Shown: piece by piece, positions 37,163-47,900 of the stretch
How positions within the stretch are numbered: position 1 is the first letter of the stretch
How the letters are laid out: each line of letters starts with the position of its first letter
Source: a virus
Reading direction: 5' to 3' (one strand)
Virus record (IMG/VR): IMGVR_UViG_3300032285_001268
Location: 96,001 to 160,000 of that record
Length of the DNA: 64,000 nucleotides
Notes under the pieces: generated by a model
What the model was told of the DNA's origin: nothing
The model's input: only the letters and a program-made list of their open reading frames with translations
Database searches by the model: none
Position numbers and translations under genes: made by a program

Positions 37163-39463
37163 ATGGCATTAACTGATGCAGTAACTTCTGCAACTGTTGC
37201 CACAGGCGCTGTAGCAGGTGCCGCGGCAGCAGTGAGTAATAGCGGGCCAGCATCGGCAATTGGCAGTATTGCAGGATCACTAAGCAAGGTGCTTGGAACC
37301 ATTGGCGGATTCTTTTCATCGTCTGGCGGTGTACAGTTACCAATAGCAAATCCTTTATTTAAATATGCATCATACGACTATGTTATTACTCTAGTTTGTC
37401 TTACAGCGACCGAAGCAACATCTCCTTACGAGAGTTATGTTAAAAACAAAGTATCAGGTCAAATAATTGCGGCATCGGCGAATATGAATCCTACCAATAG
37501 GGTTAAGACTCCTTATGGTACTTTTGATTTTTATATCAATAATTTAAAAATTAAGAGTGTTATGGGATTTATGGACGGAAACTCTACTAGACCAACTGTC
37601 TTAACTTTTGATATTATTGAACCTTATAGCTTTGGCATGTTTCCGATAGCCATGCAGGTAGCGGGTGTTAGGGCAAAGTTTGAAAACTGGAGAGATGCTC
37701 CATACCTGCTCAAGATAGAATTTAGAGGGAATACAGAAACCGGTAGCATGGGAATAGTTCCAAAATCGACTCGATGGATTCCTTTTAAATTTTCTAGATT
37801 CAATGCTAAAACTTCAGCCGCCGGTACAGTATATTCTTGCAGAGGATATGTTACTAACGCAGAAGCACTGTCAGATCAAATTAATAAAGTAAGAACTGAT
37901 ATATCTGCCACAGGTAAAACAATACAAGAAGTATTACAAACTGGAGAACAGAGTGTTCAAAAAGTTATTAATGACAGTTTACGACAACTTGAAACGGCAA
38001 AGCAGGTAGGTAAAGCAGATCAGATTTTAATAATTTTTCCAGTAAACCAATCAACCGGACCAGCTAGCGGCACTCCTGGTGCAACTGAAACTACTTCCTC
38101 AGCTACTACTAATCCACAATCTGGCGCAAATTCTGATCCGGCTACTGCGGCATTAGAAAAAATTGGAGTAACAGTTACTGGTGCCGAAGAAAAATTAAAC
38201 TATCAACAAATTACTGAAGTAAACTGGATAGGAACTACAGAGATGGGGTGGGGTGGAACTAAGACACCAGATACTCCTATAGGTAAAGATAATGTAGTAT
38301 ATGACAGAGATGGCAAAATCATGCGCAAGGATCTTAATGCGTTTAGTATCACAGACGGGGTAATAAAATTCAGTCAAAAGACCAGCATCGTTAATATTAT
38401 AGATCAGGTAATGTTATCTAGCGAATTTCCTAAACAGGTACTGCCAGCTGAAGCAGTTGACGAAAAAGGATTTAGAAAATGGTGGTCAGTTGAAACACAA
38501 ACGTATCCAATTGAAACTACAGCCAATGATAAAAACACTGGAAAAAAACCGTTGCTAATAGTCTATAGGGTAGTGCCGTACGAAGTCCATGCTAGCCAAG
38601 GTGCTCCAGTTAATACTACAACTAAAGGCCTTACTGAACTAAAGAAAACAATAGTTAAAGAATATAACTATATCTACACTGGAAAGAATGTTGATATTCT
38701 TAAATTTGATATCGATTTTAATGTAGGTTGGTCGACAGTTTTGTTAGCCGGTGGAAGTAATAGAAGCCAAGACATTGATTTAAATCGTAAGGAATCTGCG
38801 CAAGCCGCAGATCCTAAATCTGTACAAGGACCAGTCAATGGTCAGGCAGCAGGAAAACAAGCCAGCACTATTCCTACACAGCTAAGTTATTCTGCAAACA
38901 CAACTAAGACTTCGCAGTTAGGTGGCGCCAAGGATGATGCAGTGTCTATAGCCGCAAGACAGCTAGATGACATACTCAAAAAAGGCTACGACATGATGCG
39001 CCTTAATTTAGAAATCATAGGCGACCCTTATTGGATTGGCCATAGTGGTCTTGGTAACTATAACGCAGTCCCAACTGAAGTACGAAATTTAAACGCAGAT
39101 GGTTCAGTAAATCATCAGCGAGGTGAAGTTATTATACAGGTTAATTTTGGAACCCCAACAGATATAAATCAATCAACAGGCTTGTATGCAATGACTAAAT
39201 CTTCTGCAATCGCTCCAGTCGGGGGATTTACTGGACAATATAAAGTTACCATAGTTGAAAGTAAGTTTGGCGATGGAAAATTTACGCAAACACTTACAGG
39301 CTATCGATTAATGAACGGGTCGGAAGCAACAAAACGTCCTGCAAATCTACTCGACTTGTTTAATATCAATAAACCGGCCCCACCAGATCCGGCAAGTAGT
39401 GTTAGTGATACCCCACCAAAAACTGACACATCGGGAAGTAGCGGAGAACAGGTTACACCATAA
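37163..39463 (+). CDS. Baseplate hub protein, gp27-like (766 aa)
   Basis: Position between gp53 and gp5; C-terminal L.IIGDPYW and FTG.YKV..VES.F..GKFTQTL. Confidence 0.65.
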   Translation: MALTDAVTSATVATGAVAGAAAAVSNSGPASAIGSIAGSLSKVLGTIGGFFSSSGGVQLPIANPLFKYASYDYVITLVCLTATEATSPYESYVKNKVSGQIIAASANMNPTNRVKTPYGTFDFYINNLKIKSVMGFMDGNSTRPTVLTFDIIEPYSFGMFPIAMQVAGVRAKFENWRDAPYLLKIEFRGNTETGSMGIVPKSTRWIPFKFSRFNAKTSAAGTVYSCRGYVTNAEALSDQINKVRTDISATGKTIQEVLQTGEQSVQKVINDSLRQLETAKQVGKADQILIIFPVNQSTGPASGTPGATETTSSATTNPQSGANSDPATAALEKIGVTVTGAEEKLNYQQITEVNWIGTTEMGWGGTKTPDTPIGKDNVVYDRDGKIMRKDLNAFSITDGVIKFSQKTSIVNIIDQVMLSSEFPKQVLPAEAVDEKGFRKWWSVETQTYPIETTANDKNTGKKPLLIVYRVVPYEVHASQGAPVNTTTKGLTELKKTIVKEYNYIYTGKNVDILKFDIDFNVGWSTVLLAGGSNRSQDIDLNRKESAQAADPKSVQGPVNGQAAGKQASTIPTQLSYSANTTKTSQLGGAKDDAVSIAARQLDDILKKGYDMMRLNLEIIGDPYWIGHSGLGNYNAVPTEVRNLNADGSVNHQRGEVIIQVNFGTPTDINQSTGLYAMTKSSAIAPVGGFTGQYKVTIVESKFGDGKFTQTLTGYRLMNGSEATKRPANLLDLFNINKPAPPDPASSVSDTPPKTDTSGSSGEQVTP

Positions 39464-40956
39464 TGTCAGATCAAGATCAAGTTCACAATATTCCTTATTC
39501 ACCGCAAGACGGGCAAGCAAGCTCGATGTCTTCGTCTGGTCCTTTTTTGGCCACAGTTGTTAGTCACTTAGATAATACCTACATGGGGCGCCTTCAAGTA
39601 GAAATTAAACGCACATCGAGCGGTGATAAATCATCTGGTCAAATACATCCAGTCAGTTACATGAGTCCTTTTTACGGAGTTACTGGTGCTAACCATCTGA
39701 CAGATACCGATGACTACAACAATACACAAAAAAGTTACGGCATGTGGATGGTGCCACCTGATCCTGGAACTACTGTCGTGGTATTCTTTATTGATGGCGA
39801 TCCAAAGCGGGGTTATTGGATGGGGTGTGTTGCTGACACTAATATGAATTTTATGGTACCAGGTCTTGCCGCTCAGACTAAAGTAGTGGGACAGTCCGAT
39901 GGTCTAAAGAGACCAACTGCTGAGTACAACAAAAAAGTTACAGCATCAACTGGCGATCCCGAACAAATCCCTAAAGCCGCACATCCGTTTACAGATGTAT
40001 TAGAAACTCAAGGATTGCTAGCTGATGATATTAGAGGAATTACTACTAGTAGTGCAAGACGCGAAACACCAAGTATGGTGTTTGGTATCAGCACACCGGG
40101 TCCTTTAGACAAACGCTCTGGATCAAAGACTGGTAAAATAGGCAAAGCCGAATGGGAAATTCCCGATGCCCCTGTGAGTAGATTAGGTGGCACTACGTTT
40201 GTAATGGATGATGGCGACGACAACTATCTAAGAAAGACCAAGGCCAGTGCAGGTCCTCCTGATTATGCCGCAGTATCTCAACAAGATCAGGGCGGCAATC
40301 CTACAATACCACACAATGAATTATTTAGAATCCGTACAAGAACCGGACACCAGATACTTTTACATAATAGCGAAGATTTAATTTACATCGGTAATGCCAG
40401 CGGAACGACCTGGATTGAATTAACCAGCAACGGTAAGATAGATGTATATGCTAAAGACAGTATTAGTTTTCATACTGATGCAGATTTTAATTTTCATGCA
40501 GGGCGAGATGTAAACATCGAAGCAGGTAGAAATTTTAATGTTAAGGCCGCTGGCAAAGCACATGTTGAGTCTGGTGCTAATTTAGAAATTATTGTTGGCG
40601 CTAATGGATTTATCACGACTACTGGAAATTTAAATCTTAAAACTACTGGAAATCATTTAGAGACAGCCGCCAAAATTTATATGAATAGTTCAACAGCCGC
40701 TACAGCCGCAGTTAAATTATCAACACATGTAAATCAAACAGATGTAGGCAATATTACCAGCATTATGAAACGTATACCGTCTCATGAACCGTATCCACAT
40801 CATGAAAATTTAGATCCTACTAAATTTGTTCCAGCACAAACTGACAGAGATGTTGGCGGAAATATAGCACAACCTACTTACTACAGTAAAAAAGCCGCGC
40901 CTAAGTATACACAAAAACCAGATACGTTCTTAAAAATTGGACCAGCGGGGGGATAA
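39463..40956 (+). CDS. gp5: Central tail spike, gp5-like (OB-fold plus beta-helix, no lysozyme domain)
   Basis: GRLQVEI, GMWMVPPDPGTTVVVFFIDGDP..GYW.G OB-fold; RTRTGHQILL and beta-helix repeats. Confidence 0.85.
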   Translation: MSDQDQVHNIPYSPQDGQASSMSSSGPFLATVVSHLDNTYMGRLQVEIKRTSSGDKSSGQIHPVSYMSPFYGVTGANHLTDTDDYNNTQKSYGMWMVPPDPGTTVVVFFIDGDPKRGYWMGCVADTNMNFMVPGLAAQTKVVGQSDGLKRPTAEYNKKVTASTGDPEQIPKAAHPFTDVLETQGLLADDIRGITTSSARRETPSMVFGISTPGPLDKRSGSKTGKIGKAEWEIPDAPVSRLGGTTFVMDDGDDNYLRKTKASAGPPDYAAVSQQDQGGNPTIPHNELFRIRTRTGHQILLHNSEDLIYIGNASGTTWIELTSNGKIDVYAKDSISFHTDADFNFHAGRDVNIEAGRNFNVKAAGKAHVESGANLEIIVGANGFITTTGNLNLKTTGNHLETAAKIYMNSSTAATAAVKLSTHVNQTDVGNITSIMKRIPSHEPYPHHENLDPTKFVPAQTDRDVGGNIAQPTYYSKKAAPKYTQKPDTFLKIGPAGG

Positions 40957-40959
40957 TAT

Positions 40960-41403
40960 ATGAAAGCTACACCTAAACTTTATCAAACAATTTCAATACC
41001 GGCAGTGACTAAGCCTGACGCAGTGGCTCCTCAAATGTATAGAGGATTTAGCACAGTAAGTACGTCAACTGAAAACTATGCGCTGTACGACTTTGAATTA
41101 ATTAAGCAAGACCTATTGAATAATTTTTATGTTCGCCAGGGCGAAAGACTAATGAATCCTACATTTGGTTGTATTATATGGGATCTGTTATTTGAACCGT
41201 TAACTGAGCAAGTTAAGGATTTAATCCTGCAAAACGTCAATCAAATTGTTAATTTTGATCCCCGTGTGCAGGCCAGCGATGTGATATTGACCAGCTACGA
41301 CCAGGGAATACAAGTTCAACTTATATTAAAATACATACCCTACAACATACAACAAAGTTTACAATTAAGATTTGATCAAGCTAACGGGTTATTAATTGCT
41401 TAA
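40960..41403 (+). CDS. gp25: Baseplate wedge protein, gp25 family
   Basis: IKQDLLN......GERLMNPTFG..I..LLFEP, FDPRV. Confidence 0.92.
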   Translation: MKATPKLYQTISIPAVTKPDAVAPQMYRGFSTVSTSTENYALYDFELIKQDLLNNFYVRQGERLMNPTFGCIIWDLLFEPLTEQVKDLILQNVNQIVNFDPRVQASDVILTSYDQGIQVQLILKYIPYNIQQSLQLRFDQANGLLIA

Positions 41404-41429
41404 TAAACTACGCATAAAATGATTTCAAA

Positions 41430-41435
41430 TAAATA
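41430..41435 (+). promoter_or_regulatory. T4-type late promoter core (TAAATA)
   Basis: Upstream of ATG 41454. Confidence 0.6.
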
Positions 41436-41453
41436 TTGTTATTAGGATCTAGA

Positions 41454-44400
41454 ATGAGCTCAACTGATAGACAAAACAACCTGCTAGTAACGCAGGACTG
41501 GAAAAAGATATACCAATCGTTTAAAAACGCTGACTTCACCAGCTACGACTTTGACAATATTCGTAGAACTATGATCCAGTATCTCAGGACTAATTTTCCT
41601 GAAGATTTTAATGACTATATTGAAAGCTCAGAATACCTTGCATTAATTGACCTAGTAGCATATCTATCTCAAAGCATAGCCTTCCGTGTGGATTTAAATG
41701 CTCGTGAAAACTTTTTAGAATTAGCAGAACGTAGAGATAGCATACTAAGACTTAGTCGTATGCTGGGATATACTGCCAAGCGTAATATTGCGTCAAGCGG
41801 ACTACTAAAATTTAACAATGTTTCTACAACAGAGACCATTATTGATAGCAACGGTAGAAACTTAGCCAATCAAACAATAACTTGGAACGATCCTAGTAAC
41901 TCAAATTGGTATGATCAATTTATTAAGATAATAAATGCATCATTGCCCAGCTCTCAGCAGTTTGGAAGTCCGATAGCAAGTAGTACAATCTACGGAGTTC
42001 CAACAGAACAATATCGAATAAACGCACTCAGTACAGGCGGTGTTCCTGTTTACAGTTTTAGTAAAACTGTTGCCGGCGTTACAATGAACTTTGAAATAAC
42101 CAGTACAACATTTGCTGGTAAAGAATACATCTACGAAGAGCCACCAAAGATCGGTAATGCTCCGGCGTTTGTATATAGAGATGATGGTCATGGAAATGGT
42201 AGTGCAGGCACGGGCTTCTTCCTTAATTTCACACAGGGAATTTTAAATCAAGGATCGTTCACTATTTCTCAACCTTCAGCAAATGAATCAGTAGATGTTG
42301 CAGTTCAAAATATTAACAACACTGACGTCTGGTTATATCAGTTAGATGCTTCAAATGCTGAATCGACACTGTGGACTAAAGTTTCAGACTTGTCTAGTAA
42401 CAATATTATCTATAACAGTATTAGTAAAGATATTAAAAATATCTACAAAGTTGTTACACGAGCCGGCGACGCAGTAACTTTAGAGTTCAGCGACGGAACT
42501 TTTGGCAATTTGCCACTAGGCGATTTTAGAGTATACTATAGATTAAGCAATGGTTTATCTTATTCTATTAATCCTGCTGATATTAAAAATGTTACTATTG
42601 TTATACCTTATACATCTATTAGAGGTTCAACAGAATCTTTAACTTTAAGTTTAGGACTAGCCACTAGTGTAAACAACGCAGAAATTGCAGAAACAAACGC
42701 AACTATAAAAACAAACGCACCGCAAACATACTATACACAAAATCGTATGATAACTGCGGAAGATTATAATATTAGTCCGCTGTCTGTAACACAGGAAGTT
42801 GCTAAAATAAAATCAATAAACAGATCTAGTTCTGGAATCAGCAGATATTTTGATCTAACTGATCCTACTGGCAAGTATTCTTCGACAAATTTATTTGCAG
42901 ACGATGGAATCTTATACCAAGACACTTATAATTCGTCAACAAGATTTTCTTATAACTCTAGAGTAGACATTGAAGGAGTTATTGATAATACTATTGTTCA
43001 ATTATTATCCGATCCTAATTTAAGAAACTTCTACTATGCTAATTTTATTAACTTTTTAGCATCAAGTTTATCTATAGCATGGTATCAAAAAACTTCTGAC
43101 ACTGGTAGCTCAACAGGCTATGTTGGAGATAGTTCTGATGCTAGACCCTATCAAGTCGGAACCTATACGTATACTGATTTAAAATATTTTACTGTAGGCA
43201 GTCTGGTAAAGTTTGAAGCACCATTCACCGTAGTCAATGGACAAAAAGTATATTCTAAATATTTTGATACTAAAAATAACAACAAGCTAGTGTCAGGAAC
43301 CGCAACTGTATCAGGTGCAAGCGTGTACGTGTGGGCAGAAGTTGTATCAGTTACTGGTGACGGAACTAATAACGGTACCGGAGTACTAACTACAGGATTT
43401 GGTCCGATTTTATTAAATCAGTCAATTCCGTCTGGAGCATTGCTATCACAAGTTATTCCGAAACTATCATTGGTATTAACCAGTTCTGTTAAAACTACAA
43501 TGATAGACTTAATATTTGCTAATAAACCGTTTGGCCTACGATACGATGGCGCAACACAAACCTGGCAAATTGTATTTGAATCAAATCTTAATACAACGCT
43601 GCCTTTTAGTCTCAACAAGCAAGGCGATGCCACCAATGCTCAGCAGGACGCCAGTTGGTTCCTATTGTTTACTACTGACAACGAATTTTATACAGTAACA
43701 ACTCGATTACTAAGATATATTTTTGAAAGTGATCAACAAGCTCGTTTTTACTTTGACAACAACAACAAGATTTATGATACTACAGTAAGCACTACTATTA
43801 GAGATACAATAAACATTCTAAACATCAATAAACAACCTGATGCTACTTCATCGTTTAATAACGATTTATTGTGGGATGTCATTGCTGAATTTAACGGATT
43901 AGATGGATACGTTGACAACAAAAAAATATTGATCAGTTTTAAAGATACCGACAATAATGGAGTTGTAGATAATCCTCAACTGTTTTTGGACATCGTTGCA
44001 CCACAGACTAATTCAACAGTCAAATATATTGTTCAACAAAGATATTTAATTTCAGTCGGACAAGAAGATTACAAATACATTGATAACTCTTCTAATACTG
44101 TGCTGATTAAAACAACACAAAGTAGTGTTCTAGCATCAGAAAAAGTCAACGGACAATATTTTTATTTTATTGATTCTGACACTGTGAAGAAATATGATTC
44201 AGTAACTGGATCATTTATTTCTAGTCTAGATTACAAAGTATATGTTGGTCGAGATAACTTGAAGTTTCAATACACACATGCGGCCGATTATAATTCAAGA
44301 ATTGATCCTGGATCAACAAACATCATTGATGTATATGTTTTAACTAAAGCATACGATACAAATTACCGTCAATGGCTTTCAGGGGCTAACGTAAGTAAGC

Positions 44401-44939
44401 CACTGCCTCCAAGCTCAGACGAATTGTATAATACATTATCTCCTAATTTAAATGTAATTAAATCGATATCAGACGAAATAATTTATCATCCAGTTAGATA
44501 TAAAATACTATTCGGAGCATCTGCAGATCTTGAAGTGCAGGCAACATTTAATGTAGTTAAAAATTCAAGCTCAACTGTATCTGACAGTGACGTTCGTTCT
44601 CGAATTATTTCAGCAATGGATCAATTTTTTAGTTTAGATAACTGGAATTTTGGAGATACATTTTATTTTACAGAACTATCGACTTATATAATGAATCAAC
44701 TTACACCTGATATTATTAGTTTTGTTATCGTTCCAAAACAATCAGGATTATATTTTGGAAGTTTATTTGAAATCAAATGCCCAAGTGATCAAATTTTTAT
44801 CAACGGTGCGACTATTGACAATATAACGATTGTTGCAGGACTAACATCAAGCAATGTTAGATCTGTAACAACAACAGGCGGCTTATCAAATCTTACATCA
44901 CAGAATGTTACAAGTGCAAATTACGGAGCAAATAGCTAA
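41454..44939 (+). CDS. gp6: Baseplate wedge protein, gp6 family (start reassigned to 41454)
   Basis: DFTSYDFD.IR..MI.YLR..F.DF..Y.ESS, ENFLELAERRDS..RL...LGY, AP..Y.TQNR.ITAEDY. Confidence 0.88.
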   Translation: MSSTDRQNNLLVTQDWKKIYQSFKNADFTSYDFDNIRRTMIQYLRTNFPEDFNDYIESSEYLALIDLVAYLSQSIAFRVDLNARENFLELAERRDSILRLSRMLGYTAKRNIASSGLLKFNNVSTTETIIDSNGRNLANQTITWNDPSNSNWYDQFIKIINASLPSSQQFGSPIASSTIYGVPTEQYRINALSTGGVPVYSFSKTVAGVTMNFEITSTTFAGKEYIYEEPPKIGNAPAFVYRDDGHGNGSAGTGFFLNFTQGILNQGSFTISQPSANESVDVAVQNINNTDVWLYQLDASNAESTLWTKVSDLSSNNIIYNSISKDIKNIYKVVTRAGDAVTLEFSDGTFGNLPLGDFRVYYRLSNGLSYSINPADIKNVTIVIPYTSIRGSTESLTLSLGLATSVNNAEIAETNATIKTNAPQTYYTQNRMITAEDYNISPLSVTQEVAKIKSINRSSSGISRYFDLTDPTGKYSSTNLFADDGILYQDTYNSSTRFSYNSRVDIEGVIDNTIVQLLSDPNLRNFYYANFINFLASSLSIAWYQKTSDTGSSTGYVGDSSDARPYQVGTYTYTDLKYFTVGSLVKFEAPFTVVNGQKVYSKYFDTKNNNKLVSGTATVSGASVYVWAEVVSVTGDGTNNGTGVLTTGFGPILLNQSIPSGALLSQVIPKLSLVLTSSVKTTMIDLIFANKPFGLRYDGATQTWQIVFESNLNTTLPFSLNKQGDATNAQQDASWFLLFTTDNEFYTVTTRLLRYIFESDQQARFYFDNNNKIYDTTVSTTIRDTINILNINKQPDATSSFNNDLLWDVIAEFNGLDGYVDNKKILISFKDTDNNGVVDNPQLFLDIVAPQTNSTVKYIVQQRYLISVGQEDYKYIDNSSNTVLIKTTQSSVLASEKVNGQYFYFIDSDTVKKYDSVTGSFISSLDYKVYVGRDNLKFQYTHAADYNSRIDPGSTNIIDVYVLTKAYDTNYRQWLSGANVSKPLPPSSDELYNTLSPNLNVIKSISDEIIYHPVRYKILFGASADLEVQATFNVVKNSSSTVSDSDVRSRIISAMDQFFSLDNWNFGDTFYFTELSTYIMNQLTPDIISFVIVPKQSGLYFGSLFEIKCPSDQIFINGATIDNITIVAGLTSSNVRSVTTTGGLSNLTSQNVTSANYGANS

Positions 44940-47900
44940 TGGCTGACAGTACCAACCCTAATGCTAATAATTCTATTGGATCAAGTTTAATACCTGCGTT
45001 CTATCGCACGGATGCAAATAAAAAGTTTATTCAATCAACTATTGATCAGTTAGTAAATCCTGGAACTGTTAAAAAAGTAAACGGATTTATCGGTCGACAA
45101 TATTCAAAAGCAACGACCGGTTCTGATATATTTGTCGAAGCCGCCGATAGTCTACGCCAGCACTATCAGCTAGAACCGGGTCTAGTAGTTAAAGACAAAT
45201 TAGGAAATGTAACATTTTTTAAAGATTATATTGATTATATCAATCAACTAAATGTGTTTGGTGCAAACACATCTAACCATGCAAAACTTAATCAACAAGA
45301 ATTCTATTCTTGGGATCCGCATATTGATTGGGATAAATTTTCAAATTTTCAAAATTACTATTGGTTACCTTATGGCCCTGAAACGATTAAAATTCAAGGT
45401 CAAAAGCAAATAGTATCAAGTACCTACAAAGTTGATTTACAAATAGTAGGAGCAGATAGCCAGTATGTGTTTACCCCCGACGGTCTAACACCGAATCCGT
45501 TAGTAAAATTATATAGAGGTCAAACATATACATTTGTAATCAATAGTCCTGGAAATCCATTTAGCTTGATGATCGAACGAGCAACTGGCACAGGAACAAG
45601 ATACGTAATCGGCGGTATAGATGCACAAGGAGTTGAACAAGGAACAATAATCTTCCAAGTTCCTGTAGATGCACCGAGCATTTTATTTTATCAAAGCGAA
45701 ACAGATATTAATCTAGGTGGTGCCATTGAAATTTTTGACATAACGGATGAAACATATATTGATGTTGAATCTGAAATTTTAGGAAAATTGTCTTATACCT
45801 TTATTGACGGCACACATTTAAGTAATGGAATGAAGGTGTCTTTTGCAGGTAATGTTACCCCGGCAAGTTATTCTTCTGGAGAATATTATGTCGAAGGTGT
45901 GGGATCTGGAATAAAATTAATCAACAAAGATGTATTAGAAGTTGTTAATTCCTATTCGGTTCCTGAAACTATTCTGTTCGACTCGGCTAATTTTGATACT
46001 GAACCATTTAGCGATTCAAGCGGATTTGCCAAGTCTGCAGATTATATCACAATCAACAGAGCCAGTCAAGACCACAACCCGTGGACACGGTACAACCGTT
46101 GGTTTCACATTGATGTGATCACCGCAAGTTTTAATTACAATAAAATTCCAGTCTCAATCGATCAAAATGCTCGAGCAACTAGACCGATTATCGAATTTGA
46201 AGCAGGTTTGAAATTATATAATTTTGGAACAACTGCAACTGTTGATGTTGACCTTATTGATAATTTTACATATGATGTATTTTCTACCATCGAAGGGTCT
46301 ACCGGTTATAATATTGACGGCGTCGCCCTAACTCAAAATCAAAAAATATTGTTTACCGGCGACCCTGACACGCTTGTCAACGGAAAAATATTTCAAGTTA
46401 ATTTTCTTAATATTGAGGGATCGATACAGATCCATCTAGTTGAAATTGCTAGTCCAGTGTTTGGCCAAACCGTTTTAGTAAAGTCTGGTAGTAAGAATTT
46501 AGGTTTAATGTACTGGTACAACGGAACAGCTTGGATTAAAACACAGCAAAAAAATAGTGTAAATCAGCCACCGCTATTTGATGTAATTGATAATACTGGA
46601 ACAAGTTTTTCAGATACCACAGCTTACCCTGGAACAACATTTGTTGGAACTCCAATATTTTCATACAAGGTCGATTCTACGTCATCAGTCATTGATACTA
46701 AACTTGGATTTGCACTAACCTATAAGAATATCAACAATATCGGCGATATCGTTTTCAACTTTGACTATGCTACAGATGAATTTCAGTACAAGGTAAATCA
46801 AGGATTAGTTACAAAGAGTGTTAGTCTTGGATTTTTATCTTCTCGAGATTACAGAGGAAATATAGTCTTTAAAAATGGTTGGCAGATTTCTCTAGCAACC
46901 AATGTACAAGCAGCCATTCGAGTTTATAAAAATTCTAATCTAACAAATAATTTTAATATTGATATTTTTGATAATTTAAACGACCTCAACGACCTTGCAG
47001 TAAAAATTTATATCGACGGCGATTTTATCAATCCATCAAACTATAAAATAGTTGACGGTCCTGTTTATAAAAAAGTTGTTTTAAATTCTAACATTACTTC
47101 TTCACAGATTCTTACTATAAAAGCATTTGCTTCACAACCTATTAATTCAAATGGGTTCTATGAAATACCTTTAAATTTACAAAACAATCCATTGAATGGC
47201 GTTGTAACAACATTTACGTTAGGTGAAGTTTCGGCGCATGTAAAATCTATAGTAGAAAACTTGTCAAACTTTCAGGGAAGTTTTCCTGGTGCAAGTAATT
47301 TAAGAGATCTGGGAAATATTACTCCGTATGCTACAAAATTTATACAGCACAGCGGCCCAGCCAGCCTTAGCATTTATCACGTAGCCAATGAATCTAATAA
47401 TATTATTAAGGCTATAGAAAAAAGTAGATATGATTATTCTCGATTCAAGAAAGATTTTGTAGCAAGCATTGAAAAATTAGGAGTAGATGCAGATCCAAAA
47501 ACACAAGTTGATCTAGTCTTACAAAAATTAAACGCCAACAAATCTAATAAAGATTCCTATTACTTCAGCGATATGGTTCCATATGGTGCAAGCATTGATA
47601 CTAGCCACACCGTTGCTGATTATAGAATAAAATCTTACCCATTGACATCGGTATTTTCTTTAGATTCTCTATCTAATAAATCAGTACTGGTCTATTTAAA
47701 TGGAACACAACTGTTAAATGAAATTGACTATGTGTTTAATAATCAAGGATTTGTAACGATCCAGGATACTGTTACTATGCGTAATGGTGACGTCCTTAAA
47801 ACAATTGAATACGATAATACCGACGGTAGTATGGTTCCGGAGACGCCTACTAAACTAGGCATATGGCCAAAATTTCAACCTAAGATGTTTTTAGATCGCA

